From an uncultured Gammaproteobacteria bacterium (lineage in GTDB: Bacteria; Patescibacteriota; Microgenomatia; CAZTEW01): DNA of 64,000 bases. The position numbers were made by a program, and so were the translations under genes. The notes below the pieces were generated by a model. That model was given only the letters and a program-made list of their open reading frames with translations, made no database searches and had not been told where the DNA came from. Positions 20,081-31,646 of the stretch are shown piece by piece. Location: positions 12,432 through 76,431 of the forward strand of contig CAZTEW010000001.1 of NCBI GenBank assembly GCA_964612215.1. Reading direction: 5' to 3'. Numbering within the stretch: the first letter of the stretch is position 1; each line of letters opens with the position of its first letter.

Positions 20081-20662
20081 ATGTTATGGAAACTATTGCC
20101 GAAAACCAGAAAAAGTCATCCTTTGAGCAAACTTTTGCGGCCCTTTTTCGAGGCTAAAAAAAGCAAAAGGCAGCTAGGGAGCTTGTTATTGGCGCTAGTG
20201 ATGACGACCAGTTTTTTAGTGACTTCCGCTTCGGCTTTTGAAACCTATCCGGCTGATGAATTAGTGGTCTTGGCAGCAGAAGTGGAAACAGAGACTCATG
20301 AGAGAAACAAAGCGCCCCTGGAAGAGTTCACTATTTCTCAGGGTTTTTGGGTTCTGCATCCGGCAATTGACTTAAGCGCGCCTCAAGGAACTCCGGTCTA
20401 TTCAATTGAGGCCGGAAAAGTGACCCAAACTGAATTCAGCTACTGGGGTTATGGCAATCAGGTGGTGGTTGATCATGCCAACGGCCTGCAATCTCGTTAT
20501 GCTCATCTTTCCCGGATTACGGTTCAAGAGGGACAGGAAATTAATCAGGGAACAGTGATTGGTTTAGTGGGGGCGACTGGTTTGGCTACCGGCAACCATC
20601 TTCACTTGGAGATTATTGACCAAGGCCAACTAATTAATCCGCAGACTTTTTTAGATCTTTAA
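20081..20662 (+). CDS. M23 family metallopeptidase
   Basis: HPAIDL (HxxxD), YGNQVVVDH, YAHL, HLH. Confidence 0.9.
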   Translation: MLWKLLPKTRKSHPLSKLLRPFFEAKKSKRQLGSLLLALVMTTSFLVTSASAFETYPADELVVLAAEVETETHERNKAPLEEFTISQGFWVLHPAIDLSAPQGTPVYSIEAGKVTQTEFSYWGYGNQVVVDHANGLQSRYAHLSRITVQEGQEINQGTVIGLVGATGLATGNHLHLEIIDQGQLINPQTFLDL

Positions 20663-20676
20663 TAAGCTTTAGATCT

Positions 20677-22618
<1,942 letters not shown>

Positions 22619-22625
22619 TTAGGAT

Positions 22626-22654
22626 ATTGTAAAAAAATCAACCGTTTTTGTCAA
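22626..22654 (-). promoter_or_regulatory. groES promoter
   Basis: TTGACA-17 nt-TACAAT on the minus strand, 7 nt before GTG. Confidence 0.75.
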
Positions 22655-23234
22655 GTAGCAATTTTGTGGTAGAAATTTCCGGATTATACTGATGAACGAT
22701 TTTCAATTGACAGTCGATTTTTTGACAGTCTTTTCTTTTTTGTTTTTCTAACGGATCCTGGCTGCTGATTGCTAAGACATCAGGTTTGATTAATCGAAGG
22801 AAAGCCAGGCGAACAGCCGAATTAGCGAAAAAAACAGGCAGTTTAATGACCGCCTCGACTTCTTTTAAGCGAAATAGATTTTCAGCCCTTTTGCGCCAGG
22901 AATTTAGAGGGCGGTCTTTGCCTTTCAGGGCTTTAATGCGCCCGTCGCTTTCCAAACCAACGACAAGGAAGTCTCCCTGGTGTCTGGCTTTTTTCAATAA
23001 GTTTTTATGTTCTTGATGAAGAATGTCAAAACAGCCAGTGACGAGGACGATTTTTTTACCCAGAACTTTGTTTAAACGAACTTGATGGAGAGCGATAATT
23101 TGTTCACTTTTGTCTTGGGGATGAAAAAAAGCATAATGAGGACTAATAAGCTCAGCAGTGAGGCGGCCTTTCATATATTTTCTTTGCCACCTAAAAGCTA
23201 TTTTTTCCAGTTGGGTAAAAATTTTACTAGCCAT
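22638..23234 (-). CDS. cytidylyltransferase family protein (RfaE/TagD-like)
   Basis: VTGCFDILHQEH, LKGKDRP, ISTT. Confidence 0.8.
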   Translation of the reverse strand: MASKIFTQLEKIAFRWQRKYMKGRLTAELISPHYAFFHPQDKSEQIIALHQVRLNKVLGKKIVLVTGCFDILHQEHKNLLKKARHQGDFLVVGLESDGRIKALKGKDRPLNSWRKRAENLFRLKEVEAVIKLPVFFANSAVRLAFLRLIKPDVLAISSQDPLEKQKRKDCQKIDCQLKIVHQYNPEISTTKLLLDKNG

Positions 23235-23833
23235 TGGTTAGCATCTAAAAAGCGCTGATGAAAATTATCTTTTTGATTCAGCACCTGCATTTGGCAAATT
23301 TCATGAGCCGTAAAAAGGTTACGTTTGGATGGGGGAAGAGTCAAATGATTCTCGTCAAGAAGCACGTTGAGACAGGCTTTATCACGGACATTAATGTCGT
23401 TTGGCCTTCTTCTTTTTCCCAGAATTTCGGTTAAAAGAAGGACAAAAAATCTTGTCAACCAAAGCCGGTTAGCCGCGGTGATAATCAAAAAATCAAGATC
23501 ATCATTTTCTTTGGCATTGCCGATGGCGACCGCGCCGGTGGCGGCAATCAATTTGATGGTTGGCAGTCGCCGCAGCCAACGACTGATCCGCCGAGCGCTA
23601 GCCAGCTTTTTTTGGCTGGTTTTTTGCCGCCGGCGACGGATTTTAACAATTTCCCCACGCCCTGCCAAAAAATAAAAGCCGTTCTTTTTTTGGACTTGTT
23701 TTTTTTTAATTAAATTTTGAATTTTTAATTGGGAATTGCCAATCAGAAATTTACTAATTTCTGATTGGGTCAGCGGATAGTCAAAAAGATCATGATAGCA
23801 AAGAGTGCTCAGAACAGCTAACTTGATCGTCAT
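23198..23833 (-). CDS. nucleotidyltransferase-fold hypothetical protein
   Basis: TGAVAIGNAKENDDLDFLII resembles the GS-x-DxD pol-beta motif; YHDLFDYPLT N-terminus. Confidence 0.6.
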   Translation of the reverse strand: MTIKLAVLSTLCYHDLFDYPLTQSEISKFLIGNSQLKIQNLIKKKQVQKKNGFYFLAGRGEIVKIRRRRQKTSQKKLASARRISRWLRRLPTIKLIAATGAVAIGNAKENDDLDFLIITAANRLWLTRFFVLLLTEILGKRRRPNDINVRDKACLNVLLDENHLTLPPSKRNLFTAHEICQMQVLNQKDNFHQRFLDANQWLVKFLPNWKK

Positions 23834-25246
23834 TTAAGGCGCGAGCTGATATTGATTGAGGACTTGGGCCACGCCTTGAGAGGTAATTTGCAGTGATTCT
23901 TGGGCGTTCTGGCCGGCCAGAACAGCATTGACAGCATCCTCAAAATATTTGATGATTTTTTCATTAAGGCCATTATCCCAAGTCCTTGAGGCCAAATACC
24001 AGGATTGGGCATAAGGAGCCTGCTGGAGAAAGGGAGAGATTTGAGGGTGATTTTGATAAAGGTTGGCCATGTCAGTGCGCGCCGGAATCTCACCGAAGAG
24101 CCGGCCGGATTGACTGGCCTGAGAATGAAATTTTTGCAAAGTTTCTTTCTGGGATAAAAACTTCAGCAATTCCCAAGCGGCTTCTTGGTTAGCGCTTTTT
24201 TGGCTGACGCCCTCAACCCAGTAGCTAGCCCAAGCTACCTTGTCGTTGGTTAGCTGGGGAACAGGCAAGATCTCAAAACGCAGCTGGGGATTAATCACCT
24301 TGATATTAAAAACCTGCCAGGAAGGGGCAAAAATCATGGCGGCTTTACCGGTAGCAAAAGCATAGATTGACGCTGGCAGGGTCTTATCCCAAACCCGGTC
24401 AGTGGTAGAAAAAAGAGTGTAAAAAGTCAAGGCATCAGCCCCGGAACAGGTTTCAGTTTCTCCAGCCTGAAAACAAGAATCTGGTTCCGCCGGATTAACG
24501 CCATTCTGAAGCATCATTAAGCCGAGAATATCACTCCAGTGATCAACATTGCTGGTTTCGCCCAGGGCGACGCCAGCGATTTCAATTTTTCCTTGATAAT
24601 CATAAACAGTCAGTTCAGCAGCCGTCGTTCTCAGCTCGTCCCAGGTGGCTGGCGGCTGTTTGGCCGCGGCCTGGAAAATCTCCTGGTTAATGAAAAGAGC
24701 CAGGCAGTCAAACATTAAAGGAATGCCGTAATAATTAGAACCCAAACGCAGGTCTTTTTTGACCGCCGGGTAAAAAACCGTCTCAAAGGCGTTAGCATCG
24801 AAAACATTAGCCGGCACCGCCGCCAGTTCGTTTTTCAGCATCGCCAGCCAAGTATTATGGAAACGGAAAATATCCGGACCTTCACTGCGAGCCAAAGCTG
24901 ACTGAAGCCTTTCCCGGTAATCTTTGTGATACTGCTGAGAATAATTGATTTTAATATTGGGATACTGCTGTTGGAATTCAACAATTAATGGCGCCATGAT
25001 TTCTGGCGTTTCCCAAAGGCCCCAGTAATTAAGGGTAACTTCTTTAGTAGAGGCGCCTTTCTTAAAAAGAGGCAGGATAACCTTAAAAACCAAGAGAACA
25101 ATCAAGCCAATAATTAAGGCTGGTAAAAGAAGCTTAAAAAGTCTTTTGAGGGGCGATTGGCCGGCTTGAATGATTTGCTGAGCTTTTTCTTCAACTGCTT
25201 CGACGCTGGCCTCAGTCGTGGACTGAGCCACGGTTTGATCTTCCAT
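23834..25246 (-). CDS. extracellular solute-binding protein family 1 (sugar ABC-type)
   Basis: TLNYWGLWE, GPDIF, YGIP, PPATWDEL, FATGKAAM; start inferred at MEDQ. Confidence 0.85.
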   Translation of the reverse strand: MEDQTVAQSTTEASVEAVEEKAQQIIQAGQSPLKRLFKLLLPALIIGLIVLLVFKVILPLFKKGASTKEVTLNYWGLWETPEIMAPLIVEFQQQYPNIKINYSQQYHKDYRERLQSALARSEGPDIFRFHNTWLAMLKNELAAVPANVFDANAFETVFYPAVKKDLRLGSNYYGIPLMFDCLALFINQEIFQAAAKQPPATWDELRTTAAELTVYDYQGKIEIAGVALGETSNVDHWSDILGLMMLQNGVNPAEPDSCFQAGETETCSGADALTFYTLFSTTDRVWDKTLPASIYAFATGKAAMIFAPSWQVFNIKVINPQLRFEILPVPQLTNDKVAWASYWVEGVSQKSANQEAAWELLKFLSQKETLQKFHSQASQSGRLFGEIPARTDMANLYQNHPQISPFLQQAPYAQSWYLASRTWDNGLNEKIIKYFEDAVNAVLAGQNAQESLQITSQGVAQVLNQYQLAP

Positions 25247-25329
25247 GATTTTCATCATAGAGGAAAAAAAACCGGAATGCAACCGAGCCATGATACAATT
25301 TCGTTAATGAAAAAGCTATTTCTTTTTTA

Positions 25330-26673
25330 ATGAAAAAGCTACTTCTTTTTTTCCTCATCATTTTTGGTGAAACGCTGTTTGTCTACGAATTAATTCATCA
25401 AAACAAAGTTTATCCTGGTGTTTCCGTGGCTAACTTAGACTTTAGCAACCAATCTCAGGAAGAAATTCGGTCTTTTTTCCAAGCTCAAAACCAATTTTTT
25501 TTTGCAACCCAGTTTATTTTTCATTTTGAAGACAAAGCCGCGACAGTCTCCGGTCAAGAACTGAACTGGGGTTATGATGAAGAAAAAATAAGCCAGGCCG
25601 CCTTCAAGGTGGGTCGCAGCGACAACGCCCTGGTTTCCTGGCAAGAAAAATGGCGTGCCTTTTTTCAGGGAATTAATCTTGAACCAGATTATTCTTTTGC
25701 TGAACAACAGCTTTGGCAAATCCTTGCTCCTCTGGAAAATGCTATTTATCAACCACCCCAAGAGGCCCTTTTTCAGTTTAAAAACGGCCGCGTGGTTGCT
25801 TTTCAAAAAGAAAAGGAAGGCCGGAGACTAGATAAAGAAAAACTCCTGCAAGTACTCCAAGAAAAGCTAGGAGAGGCAAGCCGGGTGATAGAGATTGTTT
25901 TAGAGACTCAGCCAATTTTGCCGTTGACGAGAGTTGATGAGGTTAATAATTTGGGCATTAAAGAAATTTTAGGCAAAGGTCTTTCTTATTTCTGGGGTTC
26001 TCCTGCGGCCAGGGTTCACAATATTGTGTTGGCTGCCAGCCGCCTCAACGGCCTACTTTTACCAGCGGGCGAGGTTTTCTCTTTCAACCAGTCTTTGGGT
26101 TTGGTTTCTCAGGCAACTGGTTATCAACAAGCTTATGTGATTAAAGAGGGTAGGACTATTTTAGATGACGGTGGTGGTGTTTGCCAGGTATCCACCACTC
26201 TTTTTCGGGCGGCTTTGGCGGCAGGTTTGTTGATTATTGAGCGGCACCCCCATTCTTACCGAGTGAGCTACTATGAGCAGGGCGGTTTTGGTCCGGGCCT
26301 GGATGCGACTGTTTTTTACCCGACGGTCGATTTAAAATTTAAGAATAATACTCGCCACAATATCCTTATTCAGGCGGCAGTAGACACCAAGAAAGGAATT
26401 TTAATTTTTGAGCTTTACGGAACTAGCGATGGCCGCCGGGCGAAACTGGGTCAGCCGAAAATTTGGGAGCAAACCGCGCCGCCAGAAGATCTTTATCGAG
26501 ACGAGCCGGCTTTGCCTCAGGGAGAGGTTAAACAACTTGAGAGGAAGGCTTGGGGAGCAAAAGTAAGCGTTGATTGGCAGGTAAAACGAAGAGAAGAAAT
26601 TCTGGAAGAAAAAACTTTTTGGAGTTATTATCAACCCTGGCAGGCAGTTTATTTAAGAGGAGTAGGCGGGTGA
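25330..26673 (+). CDS. VanW family protein with PG-binding-4-like region
   Basis: NIVLAA, FSFNQ, GGGVCQVSTTLF, ERHPHS, GLDAT. Confidence 0.9.
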   Translation: MKKLLLFFLIIFGETLFVYELIHQNKVYPGVSVANLDFSNQSQEEIRSFFQAQNQFFFATQFIFHFEDKAATVSGQELNWGYDEEKISQAAFKVGRSDNALVSWQEKWRAFFQGINLEPDYSFAEQQLWQILAPLENAIYQPPQEALFQFKNGRVVAFQKEKEGRRLDKEKLLQVLQEKLGEASRVIEIVLETQPILPLTRVDEVNNLGIKEILGKGLSYFWGSPAARVHNIVLAASRLNGLLLPAGEVFSFNQSLGLVSQATGYQQAYVIKEGRTILDDGGGVCQVSTTLFRAALAAGLLIIERHPHSYRVSYYEQGGFGPGLDATVFYPTVDLKFKNNTRHNILIQAAVDTKKGILIFELYGTSDGRRAKLGQPKIWEQTAPPEDLYRDEPALPQGEVKQLERKAWGAKVSVDWQVKRREEILEEKTFWSYYQPWQAVYLRGVGG

Positions 26674-28046
26674 TGGAAATTTTCTTTTTTCTTGGTCTTT
26701 TCTTTTTGTCTTTTTTACCAGCGCTGGATCCTGATTTGGGCTGGCAGTTAAGATGTGGACAATTGATTCTTCAGGGGCAAGGATTTTGCGGCCAAAATCA
26801 ATTTTCTGCTTTAATGAGCGGTTATCAATGGGTTAATCACTATTGGCTTTATCAGACGATGCTTTTTTTCATCTGGGAACATTTTGGGTTTTTAGGACTG
26901 AGCATTTTTAATGCGCTGATAGTGACGCTAATATTTTTTGTTTTTGACCGAACAATTAAAAATTATCTTTGGGAGAAAAAAATAGCCATTCTTTTGCTTT
27001 TCTATTTTAGCTGGGGCGTTTTTTCTTTGGGAATCAGAGGTCAGCTCTTAGGGATTCTTTATTTTACCTTAGTCTTTTTTTGCCTGACCAAGAAAAAAGA
27101 AATTTATCTGCCTTTAGTGTTTCTTTTTTGGGCGAACACGCACGGCTCAGCTGTTTTCGGACTAGCGACTCTGTTGCTTTTTCTTTTCCAAGACTTTAAA
27201 AATATCAGCGCCAAGATGCTCATTTTCTCTGCCTGTTTTTTTGCTACCTTTCTTAATCCATTTGGCTGGGGTATTTTTCCAGAGGCCTGGCGACATCTAG
27301 GAGGGGTTCATTTGGACCAATTGATTGCCGAATGGGTGCCGCCGTCAGTCAACCAACGGGTTTTGCTTTTTCTCAGCGGTTTAGGTCTTTTATTTTTCAG
27401 TCCGCGGCCATTATGGCCGGTAATTTTTAGCCTGTTTTTTCTGGCTTTGCGCGCGAGAAGAAACGTTCCTTTTTTCTGGTTGCTCTTTTTTATTCTTTTT
27501 TTCCAGAGCCGGGTGGTGCAAAAATGGCTGACCGGCTGGCAAAAAAAAGAGTCTTTAAGAAAAGACCTGCTTTTATTAACCAGCTTTTTGCTTTTCTTTT
27601 ATGGTTTAGTTATCCAGCCGCGCCAGACTTTTCAGGCCAATGCTTCCTGGGGAAATTATTGTCAGACCTCTACTGTTGGCTATCCTTGTCAGGCGGTTGA
27701 GTTTTTAAAAAAGCAGCCTGCCTCTTCGGCGGGTAATTTATTCAACCGCTATGAATGGGGCGGTTTCTTGATCTGGCAGCTGCCGCAATTTAAGGTTTTT
27801 GTTGATGGCCGCATGCCAGCTTGGTCGACCCCCAGTCCTTATACCATTTATCTGGAAACCCTACAAACTCAACCCGGCTGGCAAGAAACACTTGATCAGC
27901 ATCAAATTAAGTGGATTTTAATCAGCCCCGGGACTTTTATGGACTTAAAACTCCAGCCAGACCCGGAAATCTTCGGTTGGCAAGAAGCCTATCGTGATAA
28001 AATCAGCGTGATTTATCGAAGAATATTTGTTGATTATCTTGAATGA
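26673..28046 (+). CDS. polytopic membrane protein, GT-C-like
   Basis: DPDLGWQL, WANTHG, IAEW, YEWGGFLIW, VFVDGR; start inferred at MEIFF. Confidence 0.7.
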   Translation: MEIFFFLGLFFLSFLPALDPDLGWQLRCGQLILQGQGFCGQNQFSALMSGYQWVNHYWLYQTMLFFIWEHFGFLGLSIFNALIVTLIFFVFDRTIKNYLWEKKIAILLLFYFSWGVFSLGIRGQLLGILYFTLVFFCLTKKKEIYLPLVFLFWANTHGSAVFGLATLLLFLFQDFKNISAKMLIFSACFFATFLNPFGWGIFPEAWRHLGGVHLDQLIAEWVPPSVNQRVLLFLSGLGLLFFSPRPLWPVIFSLFFLALRARRNVPFFWLLFFILFFQSRVVQKWLTGWQKKESLRKDLLLLTSFLLFFYGLVIQPRQTFQANASWGNYCQTSTVGYPCQAVEFLKKQPASSAGNLFNRYEWGGFLIWQLPQFKVFVDGRMPAWSTPSPYTIYLETLQTQPGWQETLDQHQIKWILISPGTFMDLKLQPDPEIFGWQEAYRDKISVIYRRIFVDYLE

Positions 28047-28174
28047 GCGCGGCGCGGCGATTGGCTTTTTTCAATTGATTTCTTAAAGAAAGCAAGATAA
28101 GCCAAAAGAGCCACAATCATCGTTAAAGCGAAAGCAATAATAACCCTAGTATTAAGATCCCAAACATTAATCAT
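28034..28174 (-). CDS. 46-aa single-TM small protein (not in ORF track)
   Basis: MINVWDLNTRVIIAFALTMIVALLAYLAFFKKSIEKSQSPRRAHSR; upstream AAGGA and TTGACA-17-TAGCCT (28247-28219). Confidence 0.6.
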   Translation of the reverse strand: MINVWDLNTRVIIAFALTMIVALLAYLAFFKKSIEKSQSPRRAHSR

Positions 28175-28277
28175 TTATCTTTAAATTTTTCCTTAATCTA
28201 AAAGCAATCACTAAACAAAGGCTACCAAAGAGCACATCCATTGTCAAGAAACTTACCGTGATAAAATTAGTCAAGAA

Positions 28278-29276
28278 ATGAGAATTTTGGGCATTGAGAC
28301 GAGTTGTGATGAGACGGCGGCGGCCGTGGTTGAAAACGGGACAAAAGTGCTATCCAGCGTGGTTGCTTCTTCAGTGGCTTTACACCAAAAAACCGGCGGC
28401 ATTATTCCGGAAACCGCGGCTCGGGAGCAGGTTAAATATATTATTCCGGTTATAGAGGAGAGTTTAAAAGTATCAAGGTGTAAAAGTTTAAAAGAGATTG
28501 ATGCCGTGGCAGTGACCGTCGGGCCGGGTTTGATCGGTAGTCTTTTGGTCGGCGTGGAAACCGCTCGCGCCCTGGCCTATGTTTGGCAAAAACCAATTGT
28601 AGCGATTAATCATCTTCAGGCGCATCTCTACGCGAACTTTCTTAATTCAAAATTCAATCCGCCAGCTGGCGGACAAAATTCTGAATTATTCCCGGCGATT
28701 GGCTTGGTGGTGAGCGGCGGGCATACGGACTTGGTCCTGATGAAAGATCACGGGAAAATAAAATGGCTGGGCGGCACCCGTGATGATGCCGCCGGTGAGT
28801 GTTTTGATAAATGCAGTCGCTTGCTTGGTCTTAGCTATCCTGGTGGACCAGCGATCGAGGCGATCGCCTCTAAATTAAAAATTAAAAATGAAAAATTAAA
28901 AATTCTATTGCCGCGGCCAATGATGAATCAAAAGAATTATGACTTTTCTTTTGCCGGCTTAAAGACGGCTGTTTTTCATCAGGTGAGCAAGTTTACTGCG
29001 GAGCAATTAGCCAATGAGATTCAAGAGGCGATTGTGGAAGTGTTAGTGACGAAAACGATTAGGGCGGCTAAAGAATATCACACCAGGTCAATTTTACTTG
29101 GCGGCGGCGTGGCCGCGAATTCTTTGCTTCGCCAAAAGTTCAAAGTTCTACCGCCAAAAAATCTTTGTTCTGATAATGGTGCGGTGATTGCCGCCAGCGC
29201 TTTTTTTAATTACCGGCCAGTTAGTTGGCGGAAGATTAAAGCCAACCCTTCTCTTGGGATCGATGAAATTGTATAA
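28278..29276 (+). CDS. tsaD: tRNA N6-adenosine threonylcarbamoyltransferase TsaD
   Basis: LGIETSCDET, GPGLIGSL, NHLQAH, VSGGHT, DDAAGE, SDNG. Confidence 0.96.
   Translation: MRILGIETSCDETAAAVVENGTKVLSSVVASSVALHQKTGGIIPETAAREQVKYIIPVIEESLKVSRCKSLKEIDAVAVTVGPGLIGSLLVGVETARALAYVWQKPIVAINHLQAHLYANFLNSKFNPPAGGQNSELFPAIGLVVSGGHTDLVLMKDHGKIKWLGGTRDDAAGECFDKCSRLLGLSYPGGPAIEAIASKLKIKNEKLKILLPRPMMNQKNYDFSFAGLKTAVFHQVSKFTAEQLANEIQEAIVEVLVTKTIRAAKEYHTRSILLGGGVAANSLLRQKFKVLPPKNLCSDNGAVIAASAFFNYRPVSWRKIKANPSLGIDEIV
28658..28673. repeat. palindrome TCCGCCAGCTGGCGGA in tsaD
   Basis: Perfect 16-bp palindrome within AATTCAA heptamers; also at 30964. Confidence 0.9.
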
Positions 29277-29283
29277 TATCTTC

Positions 29284-31341
29284 ATGGATAAAGCTTATCA
29301 GCCCCGGGAATATGAGGCTAAGATTTATCAATTTTGGGAGAAAAAAGGGTTTTTTAAGGCGACTCTTCAGACTGATAAAAAGCCGTTTGTGATTACTTTG
29401 CCGCCGCCAAACGTCACCGGCGGCCTGCATGCGGGCCACGCCATGTATGTTGTCGAAGACGTTCTTGCCCGCTACCATCGGATGAAAGCTGAGCCGACCC
29501 TTTTTTTACCCGGGTTTGATCATGCTTCCATCGCGGTTGAGTATTTAGTCAAAAAACAATTGGCTAAAGAAGGAAAAAGCAGGGAAGAGATCGGCCGGGA
29601 GGAGTTCCTGAAAAAGGCGGAAAAATTTGCTGAAGATTCTAAAAAATATATCCGCGGGCAGTTAAAAAAACTCGGCTTTTCTCTGGACTGGAGCCGGGAG
29701 GCTTACACCATGGATGTTGTCCGTTCTCAGGCAGTCAAAGAAGCGTTTCACAGGCTTCATCAAAAAAAGCTGATTTATCAAGGAGAGCGGATGATCCATT
29801 GGTGCGTTAAATGTCAAACGACTCTTTCTGATTTAGAAGTTGATTACCAAGAGCGAAAAGACCCGCTTTACTATTTAAAATATGGTCCTTTTATTTTGGC
29901 GACGACCAGGCCGGAAACCAAGTTTGGCGATACGGCGGTGGCAGTTAACCCGAAAGACAAGCGATATCAGTCCTGGGTCGGCAAAAAATTTATTTACCAG
30001 TCTTTAATCGGGTCGAGACAGATGAAAGTGATTGCTGATGAAGCGGTTGATCCGGAGTTCGGCACTGGGGTAGTGAAAGTCACACCGGCCCACGATTTTA
30101 ATGATTTTGAAATCAGCCAGCGACATCATTTAGATGTTCTAGCGGTAATTGACTGCCGCGGCAGGCTTAATCAAAACACAGGTCGGTTTAGCGGCTTAAC
30201 TATTCAACAGGCGCGGGAAAAAGTCGTAGCTGAACTGAAAAAGAAAGGCGATTTAATTAAAATTGACGAAAATTATCTGCATCGGGTGGGTACTTGTTAT
30301 CGCTGCGGCGCCGTGGTGGAGCCAATGATTTCCAAGCAATGGTTTGTCAAGATGAAACCTTTAGCTGCCAAAGCCATAGAAGCCGTGAAAACCGGTCGAA
30401 TCACCATCATTCCCCAGCGGTTTGAAAAGATTTATTTTCACTGGTTGGAAAATATTCAGGATTGGTGTATTTCCCGTCAGCTTTGGTGGGGTCATAAAAT
30501 TCCCTTGGCAGGCGAAGATGACGTTCTTGATACCTGGTTTTCCTCCAGCCTTTGGCCGATTTCTGTTTTCGGCTGGCCAGAAAAAACTAAAGATCTGCAA
30601 TTTTTTTACCCGACAACAGTCAGGGAAACTGGCTATGATATTTTATTTTTCTGGGTAGCCAGGGAAATTATGATGTGTTTGGCGATGACCGCTGAAATTC
30701 CTTTCAAAACTGTTTATTTTCACGGTTTGGTTCGGGATGAACAGGGCAGAAAATTCAGCAAGACCGCCGGGATTGGTTTTGATCCGGTTGAGATGATGGA
30801 GAAATACGGCGCTGATGCTTTACGCTTTGCTTTAGTCATTGGTAACGCGCCGGCTAGAGACCTGAAAATCCAGGAAAATAAGGTTAAAGCTTATCGTAAT
30901 TTCAGCAACAAGGTTTGGAATGCGGCGCGATTCATCACGATGAACCGCGAGGTCAAAACTCAATCCGCCAGCTGGCGGACAAAACTCAAAACTACAACTC
31001 AAAAGTTAAAGCTGGAAGATAAACAGATGATTAAAGAAATTAATCAACTAATCGTTTCAGCGACGAAACACTTAGATGAATTTCGTTTTGATTTAGCGGC
31101 AGAAGAAATTTATCAATGTTTTTGGCACCGGTTTTGCGATCATTATCTGGAAACAACCAAGTCGCGTCAAAAGGAGGCGGCGGCTCAGTGGACACTCCAG
31201 GTTTCTTTAAGAACTTTCTTAAAATTACTGCACCCTTTCATGCCTTTTATCACGGAAACAATTTGGCAGAAATTAAAAACCAAAAACGATCCAGATTTGA
31301 TAGTCGCACCATGGCCAGGAAAAATAAAAATCAGCCAGTAA
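29284..31341 (+). CDS. valS: valine--tRNA ligase (compact, no C-terminal coiled coil)
   Basis: PPPNVTGGLHAGH, WCISRQLWWGH, DTWFSS, KFSKT; start inferred at MDKAY. Confidence 0.95.
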   Translation: MDKAYQPREYEAKIYQFWEKKGFFKATLQTDKKPFVITLPPPNVTGGLHAGHAMYVVEDVLARYHRMKAEPTLFLPGFDHASIAVEYLVKKQLAKEGKSREEIGREEFLKKAEKFAEDSKKYIRGQLKKLGFSLDWSREAYTMDVVRSQAVKEAFHRLHQKKLIYQGERMIHWCVKCQTTLSDLEVDYQERKDPLYYLKYGPFILATTRPETKFGDTAVAVNPKDKRYQSWVGKKFIYQSLIGSRQMKVIADEAVDPEFGTGVVKVTPAHDFNDFEISQRHHLDVLAVIDCRGRLNQNTGRFSGLTIQQAREKVVAELKKKGDLIKIDENYLHRVGTCYRCGAVVEPMISKQWFVKMKPLAAKAIEAVKTGRITIIPQRFEKIYFHWLENIQDWCISRQLWWGHKIPLAGEDDVLDTWFSSSLWPISVFGWPEKTKDLQFFYPTTVRETGYDILFFWVAREIMMCLAMTAEIPFKTVYFHGLVRDEQGRKFSKTAGIGFDPVEMMEKYGADALRFALVIGNAPARDLKIQENKVKAYRNFSNKVWNAARFITMNREVKTQSASWRTKLKTTTQKLKLEDKQMIKEINQLIVSATKHLDEFRFDLAAEEIYQCFWHRFCDHYLETTKSRQKEAAAQWTLQVSLRTFLKLLHPFMPFITETIWQKLKTKNDPDLIVAPWPGKIKISQ
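30964..30979. repeat. palindrome TCCGCCAGCTGGCGGA in valS
   Basis: Same 25-bp context as the tsaD copy, within AAACTCA heptamers. Confidence 0.9.
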
Positions 31342-31646
31342 AGGAACTTCTGCTGCCGCTATTCTTGGTGCTGCTTTTGCTTTCAGTCTTTTGGCCGAAA
31401 AGAAATATTATCAGCGAGTGGCAGAGAAAAGAAGCCATCGAAGCCGAAATTAATTTTTGGGAAAAGACCGCTGAGCAATATCCAGGCGATGGCGATGCTT
31501 TTCTCAGACTAGCGGTTCTTCATTGGCAGGTACATCAACAGGCTACCGCCGCTGATTATTTAGAAAAAGCCCGCTACTTGAACCCGAATTCAGAGAAGAT
31601 TAAGGAAGTAGAAGGTCTGATTGCTGATCAGCTCGAGGCTCAATGA
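31311..31646 (+). CDS. TM-anchored TPR-like protein
   Basis: TM then YPGDGDAFLRLA...ARYLNPN TPR-like pattern. Confidence 0.6.
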   Translation: MARKNKNQPVKELLLPLFLVLLLLSVFWPKRNIISEWQRKEAIEAEINFWEKTAEQYPGDGDAFLRLAVLHWQVHQQATAADYLEKARYLNPNSEKIKEVEGLIADQLEAQ

